Below, in pieces: positions 1 through 8,645 of a DNA stretch of 64,000 nucleotides. Origin of the DNA: a virus; IMG/VR virus record IMGVR_UViG_3300036939_000082, positions 96,001 to 160,000 of that record. One strand, 5' to 3'. Made by a program: the position numbers and the translations under genes. The stretch's first letter is position 1. Each line of letters opens with the position of its first letter. The notes beneath the pieces were generated by a model that ran no database searches, had not been told where the DNA came from, and saw only the letters and a list, made by a program, of their open reading frames with translations.

Positions 1-45
1 TTCAATATCGCCAAAAGCAGGTAGAGTGGTAATTGAAATTTTCAT
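1..45 (-). CDS. 5' part of an unknown ORF running off the left edge (MKISITTLPAFGDIE...)
   Basis: ATG at 45 on minus, open to the edge; candidate minus-strand -10 (TGTTACAAT) at 281-289. Confidence 0.4.
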   Translation of the reverse strand, partial: MKISITTLPAFGDIE

Positions 46-274
46 AGAACAAATAGATTGTGAACGTTTCAGACAGATTGCTCTTGTTCCAACTTTACAA
101 ACAAATGACCTTCAGTACAAACAGCAGGAATACCATTGCTAGGAATGATTGAAGCATTAATCCCCTCTTTTTGCCAATATATTGAATGGATAGTGCGGGC
201 GATCGGGCGATCGCATTTAGGACATTTTTTGTTAAAACTTAACATTCATTTGATAGATTCTTTAGATTCACAAC

Positions 275-289
275 TGTATAATTGTAACA
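275..289. promoter_or_regulatory. overlapping divergent -10 elements (TGTATAAT on +, TGTTACAAT on -)
   Basis: sequence actgtataattgtaacac; ATTGTAACA recurs at 37905, 38029 and 38420 upstream of minus-strand units. Confidence 0.4.
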
Positions 290-322
290 CGACAAAATAA
301 TTTATTAATCCAATTCAAAAAA

Positions 323-553
323 ATGATCAATAGAAGACAAGCGGAAACACTTTGTTTTCATCGGGTAATTACGGTAAACGAAGCGCGAGAAAACATAGGC
401 TTAGAACCTTTACCTAAAGGGGGCGATCGGACTGGAGTTTGGGACATCGGCGCTGGCGACAGAGATCGGGAAATAAATCCGTACTTGGCTCAAGCAGTAG
501 ATTGCTTTTTTGATGCAAAAGGTGTTTGGATACCTCCGGGTGATCGCGCATAA
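323..553 (+). CDS. small ORF carrying a phage-portal-like C-terminal motif
   Basis: ITVNEARENIGLEPLPKGGD matches the TxNEaRxxxGLxPxxGGD tail of HK97-type portals; no portal body. Confidence 0.4.
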   Translation: MINRRQAETLCFHRVITVNEARENIGLEPLPKGGDRTGVWDIGAGDRDREINPYLAQAVDCFFDAKGVWIPPGDRA

Positions 554-2312
554 GCAATTGCCAATTAGTGAAATCTATCTCACCGATCACCCCACCGCCG
601 TGGCAGTCGCAGCAAAAAAGTTAGTCGTGGGACAGCGACTTTTTTATCTCCGAGGGTACTACAAAGCCAAATTGTGGACTATACTCAAAAAAATAGGAAG
701 CAGACTTTGGCGGTCAGGCTTCCTAAATGAGTTCATAAAATTTTCAATTACCACCATGATACCACCGTTATTGCAAAATGTCCGCGAAACCGAAAAACTT
801 TCTTTCTTCTCCCCTGAAATAGCTGCAATTATTGGCGTAGAGGCTGCAACGGTATTCTCTAAAATTCAGTGGTGCGTCGAGAATCCAGAAATGAAGGGTA
901 TGATCGCCCCCGATGGTGCAAAGTATATCCGGAACCCGGTCGTGTGTACCAGCCAGCGCAAGTTAGAGAAAAGTCGGGAACACGGAAAGCTTGTAGACTG
1001 GCTTTCCAATTTTACTTGGGCAAGTTTTGCCAAACTTCGCAGAATTTTTACCACTCTTGAAGATATCGGACTCATCATTGCCAAGAAGATTCGGGCTCAG
1101 TTTTGGGATCAGTGCAAGTATTATACGGTAAACTACCAAAAGCTGGCTGAACTACTGAAACGCCCGCCGCTACCCATTTGTTCAAATCAAACACATCGAT
1201 CTGCGGAAACCGATCACCTCGATTTGTCGAATGGTAACAAATCATATCAAAATACCTTTTCAAAAAAAGTCTTTCAAGATCCACACCCTCAAGAAGCGCG
1301 CAAACCGAAGTCAACAGTAAAAAAGAAAGTGAGGGGGGCTTTAATTGAAAATCCGATCGCCCAACAAGATCCGCCAACAGCACAGCCGATCGCCGAAAAG
1401 ATTTTTCACGCGCCTGAATATAAATCAGAGTCTACCGTCACAACTGAAGTTCAAGGATTGGACGAAAGTTCCGCAAGGTTCAGTTCGGTTAATCAAACTC
1501 AACAAAAAGATTTTTTCTACAAGTTGCTGGTATATGCCCAGGAGTGCGTCAACATCAATTGTCCCGAGGGATACACCAAAGCTACAATCCGCGAACTCAA
1601 ATCCGGCGATCCAGACCCGATCGCCCAATTGTTGTGGGAAGAGTACCTTGCGGGCGAAGAACTCGGTAGCCGCGTTGTTCCGTTTGGATACAGATTGCGA
1701 GGCGTACCGGAGCGGATTGTCGGGGAGGCGATCGCCCAAGACCAGCGAGGGAAAGTAGGCGCTACTGGCACGGAAGCTGTTGTAAATGCTGCGAGAAGTT
1801 TGGCTAAAGCTCCCGTAGTCCGCGCCGTTGCCGACGCTGCCCGCTTGCAGTTAATCCGCGCTAGCGAAGAAGCTGCGAAGCAAGAGGCGCTGGGGATACC
1901 TCCCGAACGGGCGATTGCCAACTGTTTGCCAACTTATGCTACGGCGATTGTACCAATCAGTTCGTTGGTCGCACCAGAACCGGAAAAATTGATCCAGGGG
2001 GCGATCGGAGAAGAGAAAGAAAAAACTGAAGAACTTATACTAACAGAGGAACTGACAGAGCTGGAACAGGTAGATAATCAAGCGAAAAAGGTTGCTTTTG
2101 CCCAGATCAAGGAAATCTTGAGCAAGTGCAAAACCGCAGTATCCCCAAGACAGCGCATTCGAGAAGCTAACTTGCGGGAAGCGGCGTCGTTACTTTCAAT
2201 GGAGAAAACTTCTGAAAAGACGGTAGAAACAGAAAATTTGGGTGATCGGGGCGATGGCTTGGGCGAGTATTTGCTTCAACTTGAAGCTAGAAACGAGGAA
2301 GATATTTGGTGA
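510..2312 (+). CDS. phage/plasmid replication initiator (N-terminal winged HTH, lambda O/DnaD-like); likely start ATG 756
   Basis: SPEIAAIIGVEAATVFSKIQW...FTWASFAKLRRIFTTLEDIGLI...DQCKYYTVNYQKL matches phage replisome-organiser wHTH initiators. Confidence 0.6.
   Translation: MMQKVFGYLRVIAHKQLPISEIYLTDHPTAVAVAAKKLVVGQRLFYLRGYYKAKLWTILKKIGSRLWRSGFLNEFIKFSITTMIPPLLQNVRETEKLSFFSPEIAAIIGVEAATVFSKIQWCVENPEMKGMIAPDGAKYIRNPVVCTSQRKLEKSREHGKLVDWLSNFTWASFAKLRRIFTTLEDIGLIIAKKIRAQFWDQCKYYTVNYQKLAELLKRPPLPICSNQTHRSAETDHLDLSNGNKSYQNTFSKKVFQDPHPQEARKPKSTVKKKVRGALIENPIAQQDPPTAQPIAEKIFHAPEYKSESTVTTEVQGLDESSARFSSVNQTQQKDFFYKLLVYAQECVNINCPEGYTKATIRELKSGDPDPIAQLLWEEYLAGEELGSRVVPFGYRLRGVPERIVGEAIAQDQRGKVGATGTEAVVNAARSLAKAPVVRAVADAARLQLIRASEEAAKQEALGIPPERAIANCLPTYATAIVPISSLVAPEPEKLIQGAIGEEKEKTEELILTEELTELEQVDNQAKKVAFAQIKEILSKCKTAVSPRQRIREANLREAASLLSMEKTSEKTVETENLGDRGDGLGEYLLQLEARNEEDIW
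1175..1249 (+). repeat. degenerate 23-bp period repeats inside the initiator gene (possible iterons)
   Basis: CATTTG/GATCTG/GATTTG at 1175, 1198 and 1221; units 1181-1203 and 1204-1226 match at 15/23; AT-rich stretch follows. Confidence 0.3.
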
Positions 2313-2313
2313 C

Positions 2314-2456
2314 TTGACATCATCCACCCCGGCGTAAACACACGGGGATTTTGAAAACTCGTGACACATTTACCAGGAACTTTCTTAATCGGGTGGTGGA
2401 ACTTTTAAGTTATTGAGTCGTTGATTTTGTAGGACTGAAGTCCGTTTACGCTGAGG
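2314..2456 (-). mobile_element. orphan IS200/IS605 right-end remnant
   Basis: TTGAC...CCCCGGCGTAAACACACGGGG-ATT has the same 21-nt hairpin layout as the tnpB element right end at 5780-5814; no ORF. Confidence 0.5.
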
Positions 2457-2467
2457 GAGATCGAATA

Positions 2468-2476
2468 TGCTATAAT
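2468..2476 (+). promoter_or_regulatory. extended -10 promoter TGCTATAAT
   Basis: consensus TGnTATAAT 26 bp before the ATG at 2503. Confidence 0.55.
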
Positions 2477-2502
2477 TTTAGGAACTCAACAAGTGAATCA
2501 AT

Positions 2503-2823
2503 ATGCTGCTCAAAATTCAACTTCCGCAACAAGAGAAAAAACATATAAATTTGCCAAATGGACTTACTTTTGTCTGTGAAGTAATAGGTTCCTCAACCGA
2601 AAATTTACAACAAACAGCATGGATTATCAATCCAGAAAGCTTAGCACTTAGTTCTTCTTATTCTCTTGAAAAGAGTTCATTGGTAAAATTTCTATCATTG
2701 ATACTTGTAAGAAAAGAGGATGTTTTTAAATTAATAGTTTATTCAAAAACAAACTGGGATGATAACTGCGACACCCTTGATGTCATTTCGGTGGAAGAAG
2801 TTTTTGGTTTTCCAGCTATTTAG
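2503..2823 (+). CDS. hypothetical protein, paralog family X copy 1
   Basis: MLLKIQLPQQ...LVRKEDVFKL...LDVISVEEVFGFP is homologous to 3406..3780. Confidence 0.7.
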   Translation: MLLKIQLPQQEKKHINLPNGLTFVCEVIGSSTENLQQTAWIINPESLALSSSYSLEKSSLVKFLSLILVRKEDVFKLIVYSKTNWDDNCDTLDVISVEEVFGFPAI

Positions 2824-2848
2824 CTATAGACGAGAAGATCGATTGAAT

Positions 2849-3238
2849 ATGTTAGTTAAAAATGTTGAAAAAGTAATTGAATTTGATTCATTGGATGTTG
2901 CAAAAAAAGTTGTGTCTCACCTACATCACGTCGAAATTGATATCACTGCCGATCGCGCGCTGTTGAAATTCATCAAATTTGATGGCGCAGCTTTTGATTT
3001 AGCGCGAGCGTTAGAAGGAGTGGGACTAACAGGATGGAAGATTTTAAATACAGTTAAATTTTCTCAACCTATAGCTCGCTGCTTTCCTATTTTTGAAATT
3101 AGTCTCGATCCGAATACAATTCAAGAACTTACAAATTGTTTTTCTCGAATAGAGAAAGCCATACTAGCTGTTTCATTTCAGATGTACAAATCTCAACGTT
3201 TAACAGAACTTGTTTCTAGGGAAGACGAACTAAACTAG
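2849..3238 (+). CDS. hypothetical protein (likely start MLVKNVEK at 2849)
   Basis: open frame; start context aatatgttagt resembles its neighbours. Confidence 0.6.
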   Translation: MLVKNVEKVIEFDSLDVAKKVVSHLHHVEIDITADRALLKFIKFDGAAFDLARALEGVGLTGWKILNTVKFSQPIARCFPIFEISLDPNTIQELTNCFSRIEKAILAVSFQMYKSQRLTELVSREDELN

Positions 3239-3405
3239 GAAACTTTTCTGGCTGGGCGGTAAAACTTTTGAATGGTTGGGGGATACCGCATTGTGAGATT
3301 TTAATAGCGATCGGTTGCAAAGACTTATCGGACAGCTCTGATCGTGTAGAACCACAACCAGTAAAAAATGTGCTAAACTTCTAAAAATTCAATAGGTATA
3401 TCAAT

Positions 3406-3780
3406 ATGTTAGTCAAAATTCAACTTCCGCCACAAAAGAAAGAAGAAATAGAATTGTTAAATGAATTTTCTTTTACGTCTGAAGTGATTAGTTTTAATGA
3501 GGGTTTAATATATACCGGATGGAGTGTTAATCCTAAAGGTTTTTTAGAGCTTTCCAGTTCCAATGAATTACCAAATTTTATATCACTAATGCTTGTAAAA
3601 AAAAACAGAGAAAATGTTTTTAAGTTAAAGGTTAGATGGGAATTGTACGGTATTTGCAGTCAAGTTACTCTTGATGTCAGCTCTGTTAAAGAAGTTTTTG
3701 ATTTTCCTCAAATTCAACCCATATGCAACGTGAACAAACGAAGACCGTGGTTTAGCAGACTATTTGTTTCAAATAGATAA
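3406..3780 (+). CDS. hypothetical protein, paralog family X copy 2
   Basis: MLVKIQLPPQ...ENVFKL...LDVSSVKEVFDFP; candidate promoter TGCTAAACT near 3372. Confidence 0.7.
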   Translation: MLVKIQLPPQKKEEIELLNEFSFTSEVISFNEGLIYTGWSVNPKGFLELSSSNELPNFISLMLVKKNRENVFKLKVRWELYGICSQVTLDVSSVKEVFDFPQIQPICNVNKRRPWFSRLFVSNR

Positions 3781-3962
3781 ACCCAACGAGGAATGTGTTT
3801 GGTAGGCGATCGCCCCGATTGTATAGAACCCTAACCCTTGCAAGCCAAGGGTAATCAAATTTTTTACAAAAAGGACTCAAAAAAGGTTTTGGAGTTTTGA
3901 AGATGCTGGGCGATCGAAGACAGAATGTGTCATAATAGTGGAAACTTACTCTGCAAATCAAT

Positions 3963-4306
3963 ATATCAATAAAAGTACAGATTTTACCGCAAAAAAAACA
4001 AGGAATAGAATTACTGAATGAATTTTCTTTTACGTCTAAAGTGTTGTTTTTAACAGAAAATTTTGTACGAACAGAATGGAATCTTGAAACAAAAGGATTA
4101 GGCTTCGATAATGCTAATAAATTTTTACAATTTTCGTCATTGATTCTTGTAAAAAAGAAGATACTTTTAGGCTAAAAGTTGAATTTGGAATAGACATAGA
4201 TGGCGTTTGTATCTGTACAACTTTTGATGTTGAATCGGCTGAAAAAGTTGCTAATTTTCCATCAATTCACCGTAGGCATAAAAAACAAAAATGGCTAACA
4301 CTATAA
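3963..4306 (+). pseudogene. paralog family X copy 3, decayed
   Basis: ATA replaces ATG; +1 A in A9 (3991-3999) and -1 A in A6 (4151-4156); corrected frame reads IELLNEFSFTS...LVKKEDTFRL...FDVESAEKVANFP. Confidence 0.65.
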
Positions 4307-4827
4307 GTATTTGGATCGAGATTGATGGATGTGAGTCTGAGGTTGAATCTGTTTTTCAACGAATGAAAAGTGACCACAATATGTTTGACTTTAAGTCTTT
4401 AATTCCATTACCTGTTAACACACGTTGTGATAGGAATTGGTGTTACAACAATTGGGGATCAGGCAGTAATTCTATGTATTTTGAGCGGTTAACTTCAAAT
4501 ACAGTTTATTTTGAGACAGCAAATTCATATCCCGGTTTCATAATTAAGGCTTTGGCTTTAGCCTATCCCAAGTTACGATTAAAAGTTGAATGGATTGAGG
4601 AAAGCCTAGAAAGTGCGGGTCGCTGGATACTGTGTGGTGAAAACTATTCTTATCTAGAAGAAGAAAGTTACTTCTGTTGGAAGCAAAAAACTTCAAATTG
4701 TCTCATTCATTTGTTGAATGTGAAATATCAACTTGACCGTTATACAGAATGGTTAAAAGACTCTGATTCGGACGCCGAGTTTGCTGATTGTTGCAGTTAT
4801 TATCTCAACTTGCTTGAATTAAAGTAA
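4291..4827 (+). CDS. DUF1281/YubB ferredoxin-like domain protein
   Basis: FDFKSLIPLP...WCYNNWGS...YFETANSYP...LALAYPKL pattern. Confidence 0.6.
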   Translation: MANTISIWIEIDGCESEVESVFQRMKSDHNMFDFKSLIPLPVNTRCDRNWCYNNWGSGSNSMYFERLTSNTVYFETANSYPGFIIKALALAYPKLRLKVEWIEESLESAGRWILCGENYSYLEEESYFCWKQKTSNCLIHLLNVKYQLDRYTEWLKDSDSDAEFADCCSYYLNLLELK

Positions 4828-4874
4828 ATATAGTATGTGACTAATTGATATTAGTAATCTTTTCGATCGCCCGA

Positions 4875-5735
4875 CTACAACAAAAAATCGCTAGTAAACA
4901 AGTCAAAGTTATTGAGTCCTATAAATTTAAACTCTTCAAACTTGTCCCGCGAGTTAAAAACGTTGTGCAATTTGATGACGTTAGACGATCGCTCGATTAC
5001 CGACAAACATTCTAACGGTACGCTGTTTACCACAAATTGATTGTTTGTAGTTAGGATGAATTGAACTGGCGATCGATTGCTATATTCTACTAAATACTTA
5101 GTGATAAGAGGTGAAGATTCATAGTCTAGCTTGCATCCAAAGTCATCGACAACAACAGTTTTAGGTGTATCTGTTGGAGGTTCGCGAAGAATTAAGCCTT
5201 TGTTCGGACTTGTCCCAAAATCGTAAAATTTTAGTGAGTCAGCCCAAAGATATAATAATCTTAAAAACGGATATTGAGCATAGCGATACTGGATATAATT
5301 TTCAGGTTGCGCTATTACGGTTTTTGTTTTGTGGGCTTGAAATTTAACGTCTTCTTGTAAATTTTCCGCATAAACGGTACTTTCGCCTGACTGGTTCCTA
5401 TCTAGTAATACTAGCAAAATATACCTGCTTGCATCGCTGCATACAATCAACTGTTCTTTGCTTACAAAACCTTCTTGTATTTTAAGCAAGTATTCTATGC
5501 GGTAGCCTGGTTTGCCAGTATCGAACAATAGACGCCATTCGTGATTTTCTGTTTCAACAATTTCGACTCCCCTAAGTAGTTCTGTTAACCTACCTATTGC
5601 TTTTAAAAGCCTAGATTTGCCACTGGCATTTTTACCTACAATTAAATTAAGTTGACCAAATTGACATTTCTCGATTCGCCATTCATTCGTTAAACCTTGG
5701 TTGGCGATATACTCAAAGGTGATTAAGTTCTTCAT
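4875..5735 (-). CDS. AAA/ABC-type ATPase, apparently internally deleted; start ATG 5735
   Basis: Walker A GKNASGKS, Walker B VVVDDFG, QFILTTN; very short spacing with no ABC signature segment. Confidence 0.65.
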   Translation of the reverse strand: MKNLITFEYIANQGLTNEWRIEKCQFGQLNLIVGKNASGKSRLLKAIGRLTELLRGVEIVETENHEWRLLFDTGKPGYRIEYLLKIQEGFVSKEQLIVCSDASRYILLVLLDRNQSGESTVYAENLQEDVKFQAHKTKTVIAQPENYIQYRYAQYPFLRLLYLWADSLKFYDFGTSPNKGLILREPPTDTPKTVVVDDFGCKLDYESSPLITKYLVEYSNRSPVQFILTTNNQFVVNSVPLECLSVIERSSNVIKLHNVFNSRDKFEEFKFIGLNNFDLFTSDFLL

Positions 5736-5781
5736 TCGGCAAGCCCTGATTGGCGATATACTCAAAGGTGATTAAGTTCTT
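5684..5781. repeat. 49-bp tandem duplication of the ATPase 5' end
   Basis: 5701-5732 is identical to 5750-5781 (32 bp); 5 differences in the rest, 4 synonymous. Confidence 0.9.
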
Positions 5782-5950
5782 GACCATCCACCCCGACCTA
5801 AAGGTGCGGGGATTCCCAATTATCACTAATTGGATTTCTGCTTCGTAGCACCAGCCTTTCGAGACTTACACTCTTCGGGTCTTACGGTCGCTCCACAGAC
5901 TGAAACGGCTAGCCCAGCCGCCAAAATATTTTTTGCCGCATTAATGTCGC
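5760..5950 (-). ncRNA. predicted omegaRNA overlapping the tnpB 3' end; guide GAACTTAATCACCTTTGAGT
   Basis: established TnpB architecture (scaffold to the right end, guide from the flank); 5' boundary is a guess. Confidence 0.5.
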
Positions 5951-7094
5951 GGTCATGCTTCGTTCCACAATCAGGACATTTCCATTCCCGGATACTTAAG
6001 GGCATTTTTTCAACAATGTGACCGCAGTTTCCACAACGCTTAGAACTGGGAAACCAGCGGTCTATTTTTATCAAGTCGCGTCCGTACCAGTCACACTTGT
6101 AACTTAGCTGGCGAATTAATTCACCCCAGCTAGCGTCACTGATAGCAAAGGCTAACTTGTGGTTCTTTACCATGTTCTTGATGGCTAAATCTTCAACTAC
6201 AATCGTTTGGTTTTCACGAATGAGTTGAGTCGTTAGCTTGTGAAGAAAATCTTTGCGGACATCGACTATCTGCGCGTAGACTTTGGCGACTCGTTTCCGA
6301 GCCTTTTCCCGATTATTGCTGCCCTTCTGCTTCCTTGCTAAATCTTTTTGCTTTCTCTTCAGCTTTTTCCGAAGCTTTTTAAAAGTTCTTGGATTAGCGA
6401 TTTTGTCGCCGTCGCTAGTAGCAATCAGACTGGTGATTCCCATATCCAGTCCGATTGTTTTCTTTATTTTAGGAAACGGTTGAATTGTATAATCGTCTAC
6501 CAATATAGAGACAAACCAAAGACCCGCAGGCGTCAATTTTACCGTAATAGTAGACGGGATGCACCCTTGAGGAATTTGTTTGCTCCAGCGAATTGGGAGC
6601 GGTTCACTGCATTTAGCTAAAAAAACCTGTCCGTTCTTCCAACGGAAGGCAGACTTGGTAAATTCAGCGCTACCACCGTTATGCTTTTTTTTGAAATTAG
6701 GATACTTGGCTCGCCCTGCAAAAAAGTTGGCGAACGCTGCCTGAAGATGGCGAAGTCCCTGTTGGAGGGGAACGCAGCTAACTTCATTCAGAAAATCGAG
6801 TTCTTCTTCTTTCTTCCAGTGCGTTAGCATTGAAGAAGTTTCACCGTAACCCACTCTTTCTTGGCGCTCGTACCAAGATTCTGTTCGGTAAACCAAAGCC
6901 TTGTTGTACACCAACCGAGTACATCCTATTGTCCGTCGCAAGAGGTTTTCTTGCTCGATAGTTGGGTAAAATCGGTAGCGATAGGCTTTTTCCATCTTCA
7001 CAGTCTAACACGTCTTTTGTGATGTTCTTGGCTGTGTGTTGTATATTTTTGTAAAGCCGTTCTAGAAGGACGGGGTTTCCACCCACTTTTTTTG
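5780..7094 (-). mobile_element. IS200/IS605-family element, tnpB only (IS1341-like)
   Basis: right-end hairpin CCCCGACCTAAAGGTGCGGGG (5791-5811) ending in TCAA on minus; left end GGAAACCCCGTCCTTCTAGAACGGCTTT near 7053-7080; no tnpA. Confidence 0.85.
5826..7001 (-). CDS. tnpB: TnpB RNA-guided endonuclease
   Basis: AYRYRFYPT HTH, RuvC GLDMG / VVEDL / DRDINAA, zinc finger CGNC..CPDC; catalytic residues intact. Confidence 0.95.
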   Translation of the reverse strand: MKMEKAYRYRFYPTIEQENLLRRTIGCTRLVYNKALVYRTESWYERQERVGYGETSSMLTHWKKEEELDFLNEVSCVPLQQGLRHLQAAFANFFAGRAKYPNFKKKHNGGSAEFTKSAFRWKNGQVFLAKCSEPLPIRWSKQIPQGCIPSTITVKLTPAGLWFVSILVDDYTIQPFPKIKKTIGLDMGITSLIATSDGDKIANPRTFKKLRKKLKRKQKDLARKQKGSNNREKARKRVAKVYAQIVDVRKDFLHKLTTQLIRENQTIVVEDLAIKNMVKNHKLAFAISDASWGELIRQLSYKCDWYGRDLIKIDRWFPSSKRCGNCGHIVEKMPLSIREWKCPDCGTKHDRDINAAKNILAAGLAVSVCGATVRPEECKSRKAGATKQKSN

Positions 7095-7104
7095 ATGATT
7101 TTAC

Positions 7105-8130
7105 TTGAAAATGGTTAAATCATTTGATTATAGCAGTTTGTCTGTTCAAGATCGCGAGCTGTACCAGTGGGGACAGAACCTTCCGCTGGGCATATTTTTA
7201 AACGGCGATCGCCTCCGCGAGTACACCCTCAAGCCGTACATTGGCCATCACGACGTGCTGCTCGGACGGCTTGAAGATGAAAATAGGGAAACCCCCGATC
7301 GCCTGATCCGGATTTTTTCGCAGTTCTTGCCGCAAATTGTGGAGACGATCGACGGGTGGCCGCTTGCCGAGGTAGCTGCCAAGCTAAACACTTCGCCTCC
7401 GCGCTTGTTTCAAGGGATGTACCTAGCTGATATTTTGAGCTTGCTTTTGAATGTTAGGTGCAAGGGAACGGGGCCTCAAATTGCGATTCCTTGTACCTGT
7501 CCTTACTGCGGTCACAAAATCAACCACAGAGAATCGGGCGATCTCTACACCCACGATTTATCTTCTGTGATACTGCGAGGATGCGATACGCTCCTCAACC
7601 CTCCATTGTTTCACGTACAGTTAGCTCGTCCAGTCGATAATACCGACAAGTGTTACTGGGAACCTCCAAGATTTAAAGAAGTTTCTTTGGAAGCAAGCGA
7701 CGCATTTTCCAAGATTAAGTTGCAGGCAGCAGATGCTTTGATCTCCATGTCCGATGAAATGCTCGATAAATTGCATTACCGAGACTACAATAAAATTCAG
7801 CGGGCGATCGGGCAAATGTGGTTCGGTCCGGAGCAAACGATTCCGATGGACTGCCCGAGCTGTCGGGGAGAATGGGTATCGTTCGTCAATTCCGATTTTT
7901 ACTTCTCAACGTTTACTCCGCCACGACCAAATCAAAAAATTGGTTCTGTTGAGAAATATTTTAACGAACTCGATTTTTTCTTCCGAACCGGAGAGCAAGC
8001 TCCTCGAAACGACGTATTTGAGATGACTCCTTCTTCTAGAGAGTTTTGGATTAAAAAATTGTCAGAAATGTACAAAAAACAAAAAGAAGAAATGGATAAA
8101 TCAGCAGCAAAATCTAAAAGTAGGCGCTAA
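7105..8130 (+). CDS. baseplate hub assembly chaperone, T4 gp26/gp51-like
   Basis: LADILSLLLNVR...CTCPYCG, second CPSC, C-terminal MTPSSREFWIKKLSEMYKKQKEE. Confidence 0.55.
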   Translation: MKMVKSFDYSSLSVQDRELYQWGQNLPLGIFLNGDRLREYTLKPYIGHHDVLLGRLEDENRETPDRLIRIFSQFLPQIVETIDGWPLAEVAAKLNTSPPRLFQGMYLADILSLLLNVRCKGTGPQIAIPCTCPYCGHKINHRESGDLYTHDLSSVILRGCDTLLNPPLFHVQLARPVDNTDKCYWEPPRFKEVSLEASDAFSKIKLQAADALISMSDEMLDKLHYRDYNKIQRAIGQMWFGPEQTIPMDCPSCRGEWVSFVNSDFYFSTFTPPRPNQKIGSVEKYFNELDFFFRTGEQAPRNDVFEMTPSSREFWIKKLSEMYKKQKEEMDKSAAKSKSRR

Positions 8131-8196
8131 TACAGATTGAAATGGCAATTGTCCGATCGCCCTCTTTCAAAAAACACCTTACCGTTAATAAAAATT

Positions 8197-8481
8197 ATGA
8201 TTTGTGTAGACTACTTACAAACAATCAAACCGAAAAGTAAGTCAGTATCAAGATTTGGTAACCAATGGTGTCATCTCTTTTCCGATAATGGAAATATTGA
8301 AGAGTTGCATCAAATGGCACTCAAAATAGGCTTGAAAAAATCCTATTTTCAAAATCACGCTTTTTTGCCTCATTACGACTTGATTCCTAGCAAAAGGGAA
8401 TTAGCTCTAAAAAATGGGGGCGATCGAAAAAGAGTCAGCTTCAACCATTCGCGAAGCAATGTTAAAGGCAAAAGCAAATAG
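8197..8481 (+). CDS. DUF4031-family protein; C-terminus probably frameshifted at G5 (8416-8420)
   Basis: WCHLFSD...EELHQMALKIGLKKSYFQ...HYDL; removing one G gives GAIE...stop at 8494. Confidence 0.7.
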   Translation: MICVDYLQTIKPKSKSVSRFGNQWCHLFSDNGNIEELHQMALKIGLKKSYFQNHAFLPHYDLIPSKRELALKNGGDRKRVSFNHSRSNVKGKSK

Positions 8482-8645
8482 ACAAATAATTTAGTTCCGC
8501 TTGTCTGATTGCCTACCAATAAAAAAAAGGTCACATCAAGAATATATTCTTAGCGTGACTTTTTTGTTGTAAAATTGGCGTTAAGGGCAATCGATCCAAA
8601 CGATTTGCACTTAACTAAACACTCAACTCTATACCGGAGAGCCAA

